Assembly: GCA_050084985.1 (NCBI GenBank)
Contig: JBITNC010000001.1
Coordinates: 125,054,001-125,118,000, forward strand
Length of the DNA stretch: 64,000 nucleotides
Source: Nageia nagi
Lineage: Eukaryota > Plantae > Pinophyta
Direction of reading: 5' to 3'
This document shows, in pieces, positions 52,601-64,000 of this stretch. The notes beneath the pieces are model-generated. The model was not told where the DNA came from, ran no database searches, and was given only the letters and a program-made list of their open reading frames with translations. A program made the translations under genes and the position numbers. Positions within the stretch are counted from its first letter, which is position 1, and each line of letters starts with the position of its first letter.

Positions 52601-55600
52601 CATTAATAATTACTTGCAATATTGAATGTAGCAATAGGAACATGAGGAATTTTCAAGACAAGATATAGGGAAGATTTATCTAAAGGTTACAGATTGAAGG
52701 CGGGTTGATGGCCAACTTCTAATCTTGGAGAACGAATGTGGACATTTTGGAGCAATTGAATGATAAATTCAAAATATATTGAGTTGGATTAGGCTTTTAG
52801 GGCTAGTTTCAAGTCAATCGGGCTCAAGGACCAAATCACCCAAGTTTTGCGATTGAGGTCCCATAACACTCACATTTTCTAGGATCTAGGGTCCCAAATG
52901 TGAATGTGTTGGGCCTTGAGAGTTTTTGGTGTGCAGTAGGTGTCTTTGTTGCTTGGTGAAATTCCACTTTGACACTTGTAAAGTGACTTGAGGAAAAGCT
53001 TGGAAGAATATGATCATTCTTGCATTAGATATTAGCACTATAACATGCCAAGATGATTAACTCATGTACTTCAGAGGTGCTTAATTTCAAGACTCTTTAT
53101 ATGAAATGTGTCGTTTTCTTTTTCTATATATAATGTTTGAAAACTCTAATTTTATATGCACCTAGGTGTAAGTATCTAGGCCACTATGCACATAAGATAA
53201 TACAAATTAAAAATATCACTTAAGTTATTTCAAAATAGACCTAAGGATGCCTAAAATTGACTATTAGCATAAATTTAAAAAACCACTTAAATAAAAACAT
53301 TTTAAATAGCTATAAAGCAATTTCAAGTGTCAACAATTTGCCCCTTTTTAGGCTATGGTTGAGGGAAAAGAACTCAAGACCACATGCTCCAAAATATACA
53401 AAGGATATAGAGCTTGATGAAACCTTGCGCAACTACCACTACTAAGGTCCTGCAAATGTTGCCAGGCCAAAGGACATGAATTCTAGAAACATATAACAAT
53501 CAAAACTATTATGATTTGGCTAGAGACTTGTCCTCACCTCAACGATTGAAAAGAGCAGGCGACACACCATGGACAAGTATCTTCTTTCAAAATAAAACAA
53601 ATGATCTTGAATGGCTTTTTTGCTTTTGTTACATCCCTATTTTTGCATCCTTTCCACATTTTGTGTTTTGAAGATGATGTGGTCTATTTGGAGGAGTGTG
53701 TCCCACATCCAAGAGTGATGTGTTATTATTTAGAGAAGACTTGGCATTTAGAGGGGGATTTGATATATGTCAAAGCTTCTCATTAGGTTTGTGGGGCCCT
53801 TAGAGAGGTTTGGAGTCTCATGGAGGGCTGTCCAGGTATGCACGCAGGGATCACTCCACTCATTTGAATTATTATGACTTCTCTAGACACCAAGGGTGGG
53901 ACGTCCCTCTCCTTGGGATGTGTGACTGTGATTTAATTAATTTAGGAGTATTTCATTGTACTTAGGAGTGATTTTTATATTTTAATATTTAATGGTACTT
54001 TTATTGACAATTGTGACCCTTCAAAAGAGAATTAATCCTCTCTTAAGTGGGGCATCCCACATCTAGGTGTAATTTGATATTTTTGAGGCATTAATTTATG
54101 CTCTCACTTCTAATCATGTGGTGTAGATCTCTAGGTGTGATTTTTGTACTTAGTGACATTGTGAGATCCTAGGTGTGGCGTCTTGTTGTGCATGACTTCG
54201 GGATGAGATCTAAGCCCCAAAATGGGACATTCAACTATATTAGGGTGTGGCACATCATTTGGAGGACATCTTTGCTATCTATCATCATCTTTCTTGAGAC
54301 TTAGCTGCCAAGCTAGTTTCTTCCTTTGTTGTGGATGAACACCTACAATGAGGATGTTTCTTGGGGATGAAAACCCTTAGGAAGCTTTTTGTGAGCCAAG
54401 GATGAAAACCCTTGTGTTCATAGGAATGAATCCCTCATAGGAGTCACGGGGTGCTCCAAAGCAATTGTGTTCTAGAGAATAGATTGAGCCTTCAGAACCA
54501 GCTACTTATGCCCTTTGGAAGGTTCGTTCAATTAGAAGAGGTGTGTCCAGCTAGTGGTAAAGGTGCGTCCTACCTAGAAGGACAATTTTCGGAGCTTCTT
54601 AGTGGTTTGTGCAATCTTGGGAGCATTGTGAGCACTTTGAGTTGAATTACACCCAATCGTTTGTTGCTTGGAGTGAGACGTCCACCCCTTGGATGAATAT
54701 TTGAGCATTATTCTTGGTTACAAAATTATCATTTATTCCAGATCTGATTTATTTGGCTCAAATCCATTTTGTTGTGGTTTGGAATTGGGTATTTTGAGTA
54801 AAATAATATTTTTGCTAATTTGGAACATTACTGTGGTATCAAAGATGGTTTCCTGCCAGCATGTGTAGTGAGTATTGATGCAATGTACTCACCAGTACTA
54901 TATGAGGAGGAATATGTTAGATCCCAATATTTAGATCTAGCTAGAAGGAGAGGAGATGGATTGGATGGAAGAGAGGCTCGAAGGAGATGCATGACGAAGG
55001 AGAAAGGCATGAGGAAAGTGTTGAAACCTTTAATGATAGAGTTGAGTGGAAATTTGATGCTATGCTTGCCATGATGACAATGTTGTTGGCCAAAATGGAG
55101 TAAGGAGTTATTCATCTAGCTCGAGGAGAGAGTTCGACCAATAGAGATTCCAGTTAACCTGCATTTCAAGGATCCACGTTAGATCTAAAAGGAGAAGAGA
55201 TGTTAGCTATGGAGTCACCTGTGCGTCCACTCCTTGACCTTCTACCACCACTGAGTAGGTCGTCTAGGCCTATGTTCCTAGAAAAAAAGGAAGTAGATCC
55301 GAGTTTTGTGACCCCCTTAGAGTTAAATGCCTTATTCTGAGAGTACCAAAGGAGTGAGGAAGATTTCAAAGCCTCGATCACCTTCTAGAGTTACCTCGAG
55401 ATCTTAGGGAAGAGAGTTGGAGGAGGATGTTTGCCAAGAGGCAACCATGGAGATAGGAGAGATCTGCAATAGAAGATCAGTCAGATGCAAGTTCCAATGT
55501 ATGATAGAAGCATCAAGATGACGACTAGGGCATGGCTACAGAAATTGCACACATACTACACCTTTAGCCCTAGGTTGGAAGAGGATGTGCAGTTTGCGAG

Positions 55601-56685
55601 TTTACACTTGGATGGAGTTGGATATGATTGGTGGTTTCATGGCTTAACTACATTAGTCCATAAATCCGTGCGTACTTTTGGGAAGTTTAGCTGAAGAGTC
55701 GTGAAACTTTTTTATCAAAAGGATGAAGATATTGTTGGGATCTAGCATCAATGAGGCAAAAGAGTAATGTGGTGGCCTACATTGCCGAGTTTCAATGGAT
55801 CTCAGTTATGGTGCCAAACATTTGTGCCAAACATTTCAAAGAAGAGGGTGATGATTTTGTTCATGATGGAGCCATTGAGGGGCATGGTGAAGGCATATTC
55901 TCCCACTTCACTACAAGATTTCATTAGAAGGCCATTTACCTTGGAGCTTGCCATGATGAGATACATACCCGCTATTCCAACAAGATCTGGGACATCTTGG
56001 CCTTTGTAGAGGAATGCTTTTTACACTAAGAAGAGTTCATCCAATTTCCAGAGGAGTCAATAAATTGTTGCAGTCAAAAAGATGGATGAGGCTACTAGGA
56101 ACGATTGAGGCAGAAGAAGTTGTGTTTTTCTTACAGGAATCCATAGGAGCTGGGTCACCATTTCCTTGGCAAGGGATCGTTCCATTATGTTGAGGTGATT
56201 TCGGATGATAAGGAGTCCGAGATGGAGCTATATTTGGAGGAGTTTGAGAAACTAGATCCAGTGTGTGCGGAGTCAAAACAACTAGATCTAGGGTGTTCGC
56301 ATCATGGCAATGGGAACGTTAGGGGTGGCACATTGGCTACAATTTCTGGTGTGTCTAAGTACCTAAATGTTTGGGCGCAAGGAAAGACAGTTGGAGAGGA
56401 TGTGATTTTCCTTATTGATGATGGGGCAACCCACAATTTCATTGATGAGGGATTAATAGCAAAAGACAAATCTCCTAGTTGAGGATTTTGTTGGATTCAG
56501 GGTGGCGAATGCCAACGAGTAGATCTCTCCTTGTGACAAAGTGGTGAAAAAACTTGGAGTTAGATTAGAAGATCGTGTGGTGAGAGATGACTTCTATGTC
56601 TTTCTGATGGGTGGATCTCATCATGTGGTGCTTGGAGTACAATTGTTGTATTCCTTGGGAGAGATCTACTCCAACTATAAGATAA
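49610..56685 (+). mobile_element. Rearranged non-autonomous Gypsy derivative (element G). Pieces: inverted LTR tip 49610-49705; 3' internal region plus 3' LTR 49706-51901; 5' LTR, PBS, gag and protease 53627-56685
   Basis: LTRs at 50804-51901 and 53627-54832; PBS TGGTATCAAAG at 54834; PPT gagtggggaaga at 50790-50801; gag (ASLHLDGVGYDWW); protease FLIDDGATHNFID; TSD GCTTT at 53622-53626 equals the reverse complement of AAAGC at 49605-49609. Confidence 0.85.
51902..52415 (-). mobile_element. Inverted 5' LTR (52191-52415), PBS and leader of Copia element C
   Basis: The reverse complement aligns with the + strand LTR at 59758-59977; PBS TGGTATCAAAG at 52180-52190. Confidence 0.85.
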
Positions 56686-56689
56686 CTAG

Positions 56690-59600
56690 AGAACTAGTTG
56701 CCAATAGCTTGTAGGAGTGTGAGAAGATGAGATGTAGATGGTTTCACTCATGTCCATGCTTCTTTAGAAGTCATCCCATGAAGAGATTTTATAGGTGCTC
56801 TATTTGGTGTGGGCTGGCTGGGTCACCACAATCATACCAGGCCTAGGTTGCACGTAGTCAGGTCGTTGGGCATGGTCAAGTTGTTCGTTTGGCGGAGTTT
56901 GGTGATTCAGATATGGTCGCCTAGCTCTGGCTAGTTAGACGGTTTGGGCAAGACTTTCTAGACCCCAAAGCCCCATTCGTGTATCAAGCTTGGGGGTGGA
57001 GGCGAGGCGAGGCTTGTGTTCTATAGGTGTGTGTCTCATGTGCTAGTGATGCTAGTGCATGGCTCCTATGGTTGGGAGTGGCCCTATGGAAACATAACGT
57101 CCAACAAGTTGACGACCTCTCATTGCCTTACATTGGATCTTCCATGGTGTAGGCAAAAGCCAGGATAACAGACTAGAGGACCTTCGAGTGTTGATCCATG
57201 TTAGTTGTCTTGGTATCGGGTGATCATGGTTTGGTTGCACCGTGAAGGGTGGCTTAGCTATAACCATTTTAGTTGCTCCAATAGAGCACCTAGAAAATCT
57301 CTTGAGGGGATGAATCTTGAAAAAGCATGGATAGGAGTTGTAACAAGTGTTTCCATTCAAGAATCAAAATCAGATTCTACATTTGCAAGGACAGTTACAC
57401 ACTGAAATTGAAAAATGGTGAAAAACTTGAGTCCTTTCTTCCTAGAGTTGTGGACCTCCATGCCACCCTATTGGCATTAGGAGAGATAGTGGAGGATAAG
57501 CTCCTTGTACCCATTGTCTTGAGAGCACTCCCAGAGACATACCGTACCTTTGTGACAACACCTAACATTGTGAAGCAAACAATTGACTTTGAAGAGTTAG
57601 TAAACATGTTGCAACAAGAAGAAGCTTAACATGTGACTTCCAATGAATAGGAACAAGCCATGATATCTAATCGACAAGGGAAGAAGCCCTTCCAACATAA
57701 AGGCAAAGGCCAAAATTTATCTGTTGTGATGATCCAAAATCAATTTTGGCCACAAATTAGCAATTCTGGACCATCAAGCCTTGATGTCAGGTCTAGGGCA
57801 TCACACATGCACCAACAAACCCTCAGGATGCCAATGTTAGGGTTAGACTATGCAATACACCTCATAAGAATGGAAACATGCCAACGTCTAGCAATTGCAA
57901 GCATACAACAATGAATACAATCCGAGATTGCCAACGTGTGGCTCATACATGCATAATCCAATCTACAATACATTAAAGTGTCATCTCATGATAAATACAA
58001 GTACATACAATCAATGAGATCCAAAGTCGACTGGTTGTATACAAATGATAAACAATAAATGCAATACAATACCAAATCCAATGGGCAATCGTTGGCCTCC
58101 AAGGAGCCAACTAAGGCACAATAATTGATATCTCCAATGCTTGATAAACTACGGAATGTGGGACAAATCTTCCCCCTCAGATCTCGAATCCTCTCCATTG
58201 AAGGAGCCTTCCTCGAACTTTGGTTGACTACTTAATGGTAGAAGTAAACCCTCAGAATGCCATCGAATGGGCAAAAGTGCTCCACCAATGCCGTAGACAA
58301 TTAGGATCGCTCAGTTTAATTGCCCTCTAGACGCTTCGTCTAGGAATGGTTGCTTAGCACTGCTAAGACTTGTGTTCGAAGGATTGTAGTAGAAGTAATA
58401 ATCAATAAGTGGTGTCCAATAATGAAGCTCCAATGTCTATTTATACATTACCTATGTTCGGATCTCACCTAGGAGTCATCCTAGGCCCATCTAATCCAAT
58501 GTTGGGCTTTTGGGGCGCCCAATCACTTAAAGTGCCAATGTGGGGGTCATGATCACTCATAATGCCAATGTGGTGGTCATGATCACTTAAGATGCCAACG
58601 TGCGGTCCCTAGCACTTAAAGTGCCAATGTGGGGGTGTGGGGCCCTCCCCAATGTGGCGCTAGCATGCTGGTGGTCGTCTATCACTCTAATGCATAAATA
58701 TACCTTGGGATTCCCACAATCTGGGATCTTCAATACAATAGATGCCTAATCTACTACTTAGGAGGGAAACGCCGAACTTGGGGCTTACAGTGGGGTCCAC
58801 TTGACCCATTAAGTCTCCTATCCTAAGTTACAACAATACAAATGCGAGTACACCAATAAAGTATAGTACAAGGTGACCAAATCGGTCTTACTAAAAGTAC
58901 AAGTGGGATGCAACATCTGTCCAATGGCAAGCATAAGAAGAGTTGTTTGATTTGTGGAAAGAAAGGGCAGGAATTGTAGTATTGTTGGTACATTTCTTTT
59001 GCTCAAGGTTCTTTGAGCACTAAAAATACAAAACAAAAATGCCGAAATCCTAAGAATCAAGGGGAGTGGATAAATTGAAGACTATTACCATGACGACGAC
59101 AACAAGGCAATGTCGCTAATGATGCTACAGAAGAAGAGGAGAACAATTAAGATTTTGCTTTTACTCATCAAGAAAAACCAAGCACATGATTAGGATTGGT
59201 TTGTTTCCTTGGATGAAAAATCATATCCTTGTCAAGTAGAACTTCCACATGGTAAGGCCATTGGATGCAAATGGGTGTTCAAATCAAAGTACAAGGCTGA
59301 TGGAACACTCAATAAGCAGAAGGCCCAATTATTTGCCAAAGGATATGCACAAGAGGCAGGTCTTGACTATGAGGAAACAATTGCTCCCTCAACCAAGATA
59401 AATATCATCAAAATTGCTTTTGCAATGGCTGCACAATTTGGCTGGAAAGTCCACCAGATGGATGTGAGAATGCCTTCCTAAACGAAGATTTAGAGGAGAA
59501 AGTCTACATGCAACAACTTGAGGGATTTTTTGATGATCCAGGCACAAGAAAGGTGTGTAGTTTGATCAAATCACAAGAAAGGTGTGTAGTTTGATCAAAT

Positions 59601-59987
59601 CTCTATATGGTTTGAAGCAGACTCCAAGAGCTTGGTACATCAAAATTGATGAACACCTACTACAACATGGTTTTGTTCGAAGCCCATTTGATCCAAATCT
59701 CTACCTTCGGAGCTGCCTCTCTTGTTGTTTGAGGACCTAATGTATTATGGGGGTGAATGTTAGAGTAAATAATACATTAGATATTAGATACTTTAGGTAT
59801 CTAGTATAACCTAGTTATTCGGATACATACATTAGCATTATTACTAATGTGAAATAAATATTTAGTGTTTGTGGTAGTTTAATAATCTATTATTCTACAG
59901 GAATGTAAGTCCTGAGACTCTTTGTATTTAAACCATCTTTCTCACTAATGAAGGTTGCTCTCTTGGCTCATTTGATATTATATAACA
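56690..59987 (+). mobile_element. Internally deleted Copia element C: gag, partial RT, PPT, 3' LTR
   Basis: Gag (IVLRALPETYRTFVTT, CLICGKKG); RT (KAIGCKWVFK, VHQMDV, LYGLKQ); PPT gggggtgaa at 59749-59757; LTR from 59758; no integrase seen; perfect 29-bp tandem duplication at 59543-59600. Confidence 0.85.
57725..58915 (-). mobile_element. Solo LTR (diverged family S) inserted in the gag of element C
   Basis: TGTGATGATCC...GGATGCAACA termini; perfect TSD TCTGT; family motif gttggcctccaaggagccaac; about 30-bp repeat array at 58497-58660. Confidence 0.88.
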
Positions 59988-60297
59988 TGGTATGCTTTGA
60001 TTGGCTCACAATGCCTTCTGGTGTACTAATATTTGATTTGTAGAACACGATATAAATATATCATCTGTTTGGTTTCTTTTCACTGCATAGTTTTGGAGGT
60101 TTTTGTGATTATTTTATGCGTAAACTTTCTAGTTTAGTACGATGTTTACAACTTTCAGGGGTTGACCCTTTTTTATTACTCACTCACATCGCCACACAAC
60201 CTTACCTTGCTTCTGACCATATCAATGACAAACACAAATTTACAGGGAGATTTGGGTTGTAAAAAAATGCTATGCTGACACTCTAAAATCTCATTTA

Positions 60298-60900
60298 CCT
60301 ATCTATCTTTCCAGTACTCTTTTAAATTTACATCAAAGATCATTGTAAACAGAATTCAGCCACACTTGGGACAGAATTATCACTTTTATGAACAAAATTA
60401 TCAGAAGGGACAATTGGTTATGGAATAGTTACAACACAGGAGATTTAACACACGTTAAGGCATTAAACATAAGTAACTGGTAGTTGAACAATCTTGAAAA
60501 TGTTTGGCTTCAATGAATTAATTGCGCAATCAGATGACCTGCAGAAGGAAACCTACTGTCACCATTTCTTTTATTTATAAACATGGAAGGACATCTGAGC
60601 AGATTGTTGCAATATGTATAAGAGAAAGCTGGATATTGCAGGTAGCAGAAACAAGGTATTGTAGGAACTTCACTATTTCAATGGTTTGAGGATGACACTC
60701 TTGGCTATTCTTCTAGTTCAACCAGAGTAGTGAAAGCAATGAGAAATACATTAAATATCTGTGCAATCTTGACTACAACATTAATGTTTTAAACACTGAA
60801 ATGGTTGTAAAGAAATCCAGTACCCTCCGGCAACAGACAATAAAACTATTATTGAATTGAGGTGGTCATTCTTCTACAAAGTCTCTTAGTCTCTCAGATG
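60298..60900 (+). mobile_element. Highly degraded L1 RT relic
   Basis: PIYLSS...SKIIVNRIQPHL (compare PISLCN..YKIISKIIANRL) and FEDDTL (compare FADD) near 60684. Confidence 0.55.
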
Positions 60901-63426
60901 TTGTATCATTGCGAGTATTGGACTTCAATCTTCTTCAATCTATCTTATTTGTTGAATACCACTAATTTCTTTGGTAGCTAATTATGTTGAACACCAAAAT
61001 GCAAGAGGCATCTAGTGTATATTTTATAATCAAGCTCTTGGCCTATGTACTTTGTTTCATCATGATGATCACAAGAGCATCTGTACTTTATCCTTGGATT
61101 AGATTCTACTATTATTGATTATTTCTTTCCTTCAGGAGTGGAAAAATTGTGTACATGATATTTTTAGTATTCAATGAGATATGAACTGGCATTCAAGAAA
61201 TACATTTTATTTATTTATCAGTTAGAACAGCTTATGGGTAGATTGAACTAGTTAACAAGGTGGAGAAACCACCTAGGGCCATTTCATAAAGATCTAAAAT
61301 GAAATTGTCATTAACTAGTTGAGGCTGCTAGTGATAGTCGAAATCAATGGTTTTGTTTTAGGGGTATGAAACCTAGGAATTTGAATCACCTAAATCTTAT
61401 CATGATGTTTTGAATTTCAAAATGTAAGGGTAAATGGTACTATTATTTTCATTGGGTGGGTTATAGCATGGGGCTCTTTAGTTACAAGTCTTGGTGCATA
61501 CAAAAACAGGGTTGTAAGTTGTTCTGAATGTTTATTGTCATCACGCTTGCATGTCTATAAGGACATTACATATTGGTTTTGACCTTCGTTAATCTTTTTC
61601 TGTATGGTGATTCTCCTTGGACTACATATATCTCCATATTCATCAATCCCATTAAATATCCATTACTTAGCTACTTGCAATATGTTCTTATTGTCTTTAG
61701 TGTTGATTATTATAACAATAAGGATATGAATAGTTCTCATGTGGAATTGTGCTCAAGACCCCGTATGCTGATAATGTAGGATATGATATATGTCAACTAT
61801 TTTTTAATTATTGTCTTCTCTATGAGTTGTTTCATTGTGCTCAAGACCCGTATGCTTTGGTCTTTTCTTTGGTTGAAGAGTACCTACAATAATGTTCTCG
61901 TCTTTTCCAAGATCCCGTTCCTTGTGGCTCATCCTTTCTACCAATTTCATTCCGTGCTTTTCTTCTTCTCCTCTTCGTGGAGACTATTGCAGATAAACTT
62001 GAGTTGGCTTTTTTATTCATCCTTTATCCTCACTTTATCATGTGAAATTCAATTATGCTTTCTTAGCCTTTTAATCCTAGCATTGTTTGCCACCAAAATT
62101 TCACTGATGTATATAATTTCATTTGCAAGACCTTTATTGAGGCTTAAAAGGTTTAAGATACTTTTTCCTTCTTTTCAAGCACTCTCCAATCTCTTTTTCA
62201 TAACCATTGAGAGATCCAAGGATATAGTTTATTTTGCTTATTTCTTGGTCTTACTTTTCATAGAGGCTTCTCTCTTCTCTTCTGTGACTTCTTTCCTTCT
62301 AAATTTATCTACAAATGCTTCTTCTGCCTCATGCTGGTTTCTTCTACAATTTATGAATTGGTCTTCCCTGCACCACATACAGGCTTCTCCTTAATATATA
62401 TATTATCATCATGACCATGGGTATACAACTGACATAAAAAATTAGACTTTTGTCACCTTACTATAGTATAAGATAAAGCTAAGCCCAATGTGGTTTTCTT
62501 TGCCACCATCATTCTTATTGTGTGATGCACATGGGTATGACGACTAACATTGACAATAGTTTCTTGCATCTATTGCCATTGCTCTATATCACAATTACTC
62601 AAAAATAAAAACTGCAGCATGATTAACGCAGTTTTCACTTTTTATCAATGAGTCTTATTATTCTACAATGTCAAATTCATCATTATTATCTCCTGCTTCC
62701 ACAAGTTAAGTTGTCTTATTGCACAGATTGTGCCCTTTTATTCTAAACCTATTTGAGGCTATGGAATAGCCATGCCCCATTTTGAGTAATCATCTTTATA
62801 TAATTTGAAATATTCTTTGTATGTTTCTATAATATGAGTTGCTATTCATTCTATCTTATGCCATGTTAGAAGATTTAGAGGTTTCATATTTGAAATAAAG
62901 TGGTGCATGTTTAGATTGTAGCTTAACAAGGAATCTTTCATTGACAATATTATTTTTGTCGGTTGTTTTTCTTTTTTTTTTGTGAAATGACAAATGTTAT
63001 CAGTCAAACATGTTTTAGCATGTGTATCCTTGTAAAGCCTTGTCATGGCACAAGCAACTGCTTTTTTCATTGTATATGAAATTATCTTACTATTTTTAGT
63101 TGAGAAATTGTTAACATTGTATAAATAGCAGTTTTGTTTGACATTGTAGGATATGATTTTGTATTAATCAATTGTTAAAAGAAAGATGTCATATGAGACA
63201 CATTTAAGTATATTTATGTGAGTTATGTATATGTTGTCCTGTTTTGTGCGCGCTTTTTTTATGATCAGTGTAGTAATCAATTTGGCGATGTACTTGTTTA
63301 ATATATTCTTCTTGTAGCTTGACTCTTCAAATACTGAAGTCTATAGTCATGTTTGAAGAATACAGCTCAACCTTTGTTGGGTTTATCCTCTATTGGAAAT
63401 AATGAACTTTTTAAATTTTAATGCAG

Positions 63427-63600
63427 ATTGTGAAGTTGATTGGAGCTAAAGAGGCAAATCATATCGAGTTTTGTAGAATCCGAAACATGGCAAAGCAGAT
63501 ATTATACATGCATGAAAAAACTGAACTCAGGGCCATCACTCAGAAGTTGATAGATCCTACATGGGTGGCAACAGGATTGAAGATTGATCTAGAAGGATTG
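63427..63600 (+). CDS. MSH1: MSH1 exon (IVKLIGAKEANHIEFCRIRNMAKQILYMHEKTELRAITQKLIDPTWVATGLKIDLEGL)
   Basis: atgcag| and |gtattt; EANHIEFCRI and DPTWVATGLKID motifs. The window ends on a probable acceptor, ttttcaacag. Confidence 0.97.
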
Positions 63601-64000
63601 GTATTTTCCTTGGACATGTATTCTTCACTCATTTGCTATAGTTTTTGTTTATGGATGCTTCCTTTTATTTCCTTTTAGGCACCTTTGTGTTTAATTCAAT
63701 TCACACCTATTATAATTTATCAATGAAGAGGAACACAGGATTGTGGAGAAAGTTGCATGATGCCTGTAACTATTAGAATTACGGGAGCATAAGGTTGACA
63801 TAGGAACATTGGTGTTTTTTAATGAACATTTTCTCTTTGCTATTTAGAAAGAATTGTATTTTTCCTTTCATTTCCATTACTTGGGCTTCTTCAATTATAA
63901 TTCATGTTACTTTTGTTCTCACTGATCCACATAGGCTTCTTCATTGCCAATTTTCCTCTCATTGATGACGTTTTCCAATCCATGTTCATATTTTCAACAG

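Noticed and set aside
59978-60000. TSD, or a second PBS (tggtatg), after the 3' LTR of element C
   Set aside because: The LTR end is ambiguous (59977 or 59987), the flank does not cleanly match CATGT, and the PBS match stops after 6 nt.
61783-62394. 203-aa hydrophobic ORF as a membrane protein gene
   Set aside because: It is a T/C-rich antisense reading of an A/G-rich degraded sequence within an intron, with no motif or splice support.
63421-63678. ORF-track calls overlapping MSH1 exons as standalone genes (also 2690, 22795, 24724, 24882)
   Set aside because: Their starts and tails are intronic; only the spliced exon portions match MSH1.

Overview
AT-rich nuclear DNA from a large-genome land plant; a fern or other non-angiosperm is my inference. 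The window lies inside one + strand gene, plant MSH1 (organellar MutS homolog 1). Nine exons (909 nt, 303 codons, all GT-AG, phases consistent) are spread over about 61 kb, with introns of 13.5, 17.3 and 19.7 kb filled by nested retroelements. These include a full-length decayed Copia, at least 8 solo LTRs with 5-bp TSDs, two Gypsy-derived elements carrying gag and protease but no RT/RNaseH/integrase, a short-LTR non-autonomous element, an internally deleted Copia, and LINE relics. Three observations stand out. (1) An array of about 9 hairpins at 46686-47098 has conserved GGACAC-type loops but different, self-complementary stems, and sits in the 3' region of the short-LTR element. (2) A double adjacent inversion at 49706-~56685 can be reconstructed from TSD, LTR, protease and host-repeat continuity. 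(3) Two different non-autonomous Gypsy families share an uncharacterised repeat-rich region (HxLVDFIYA motif) in place of pol. All coordinates were read by eye, and no database searches were run.
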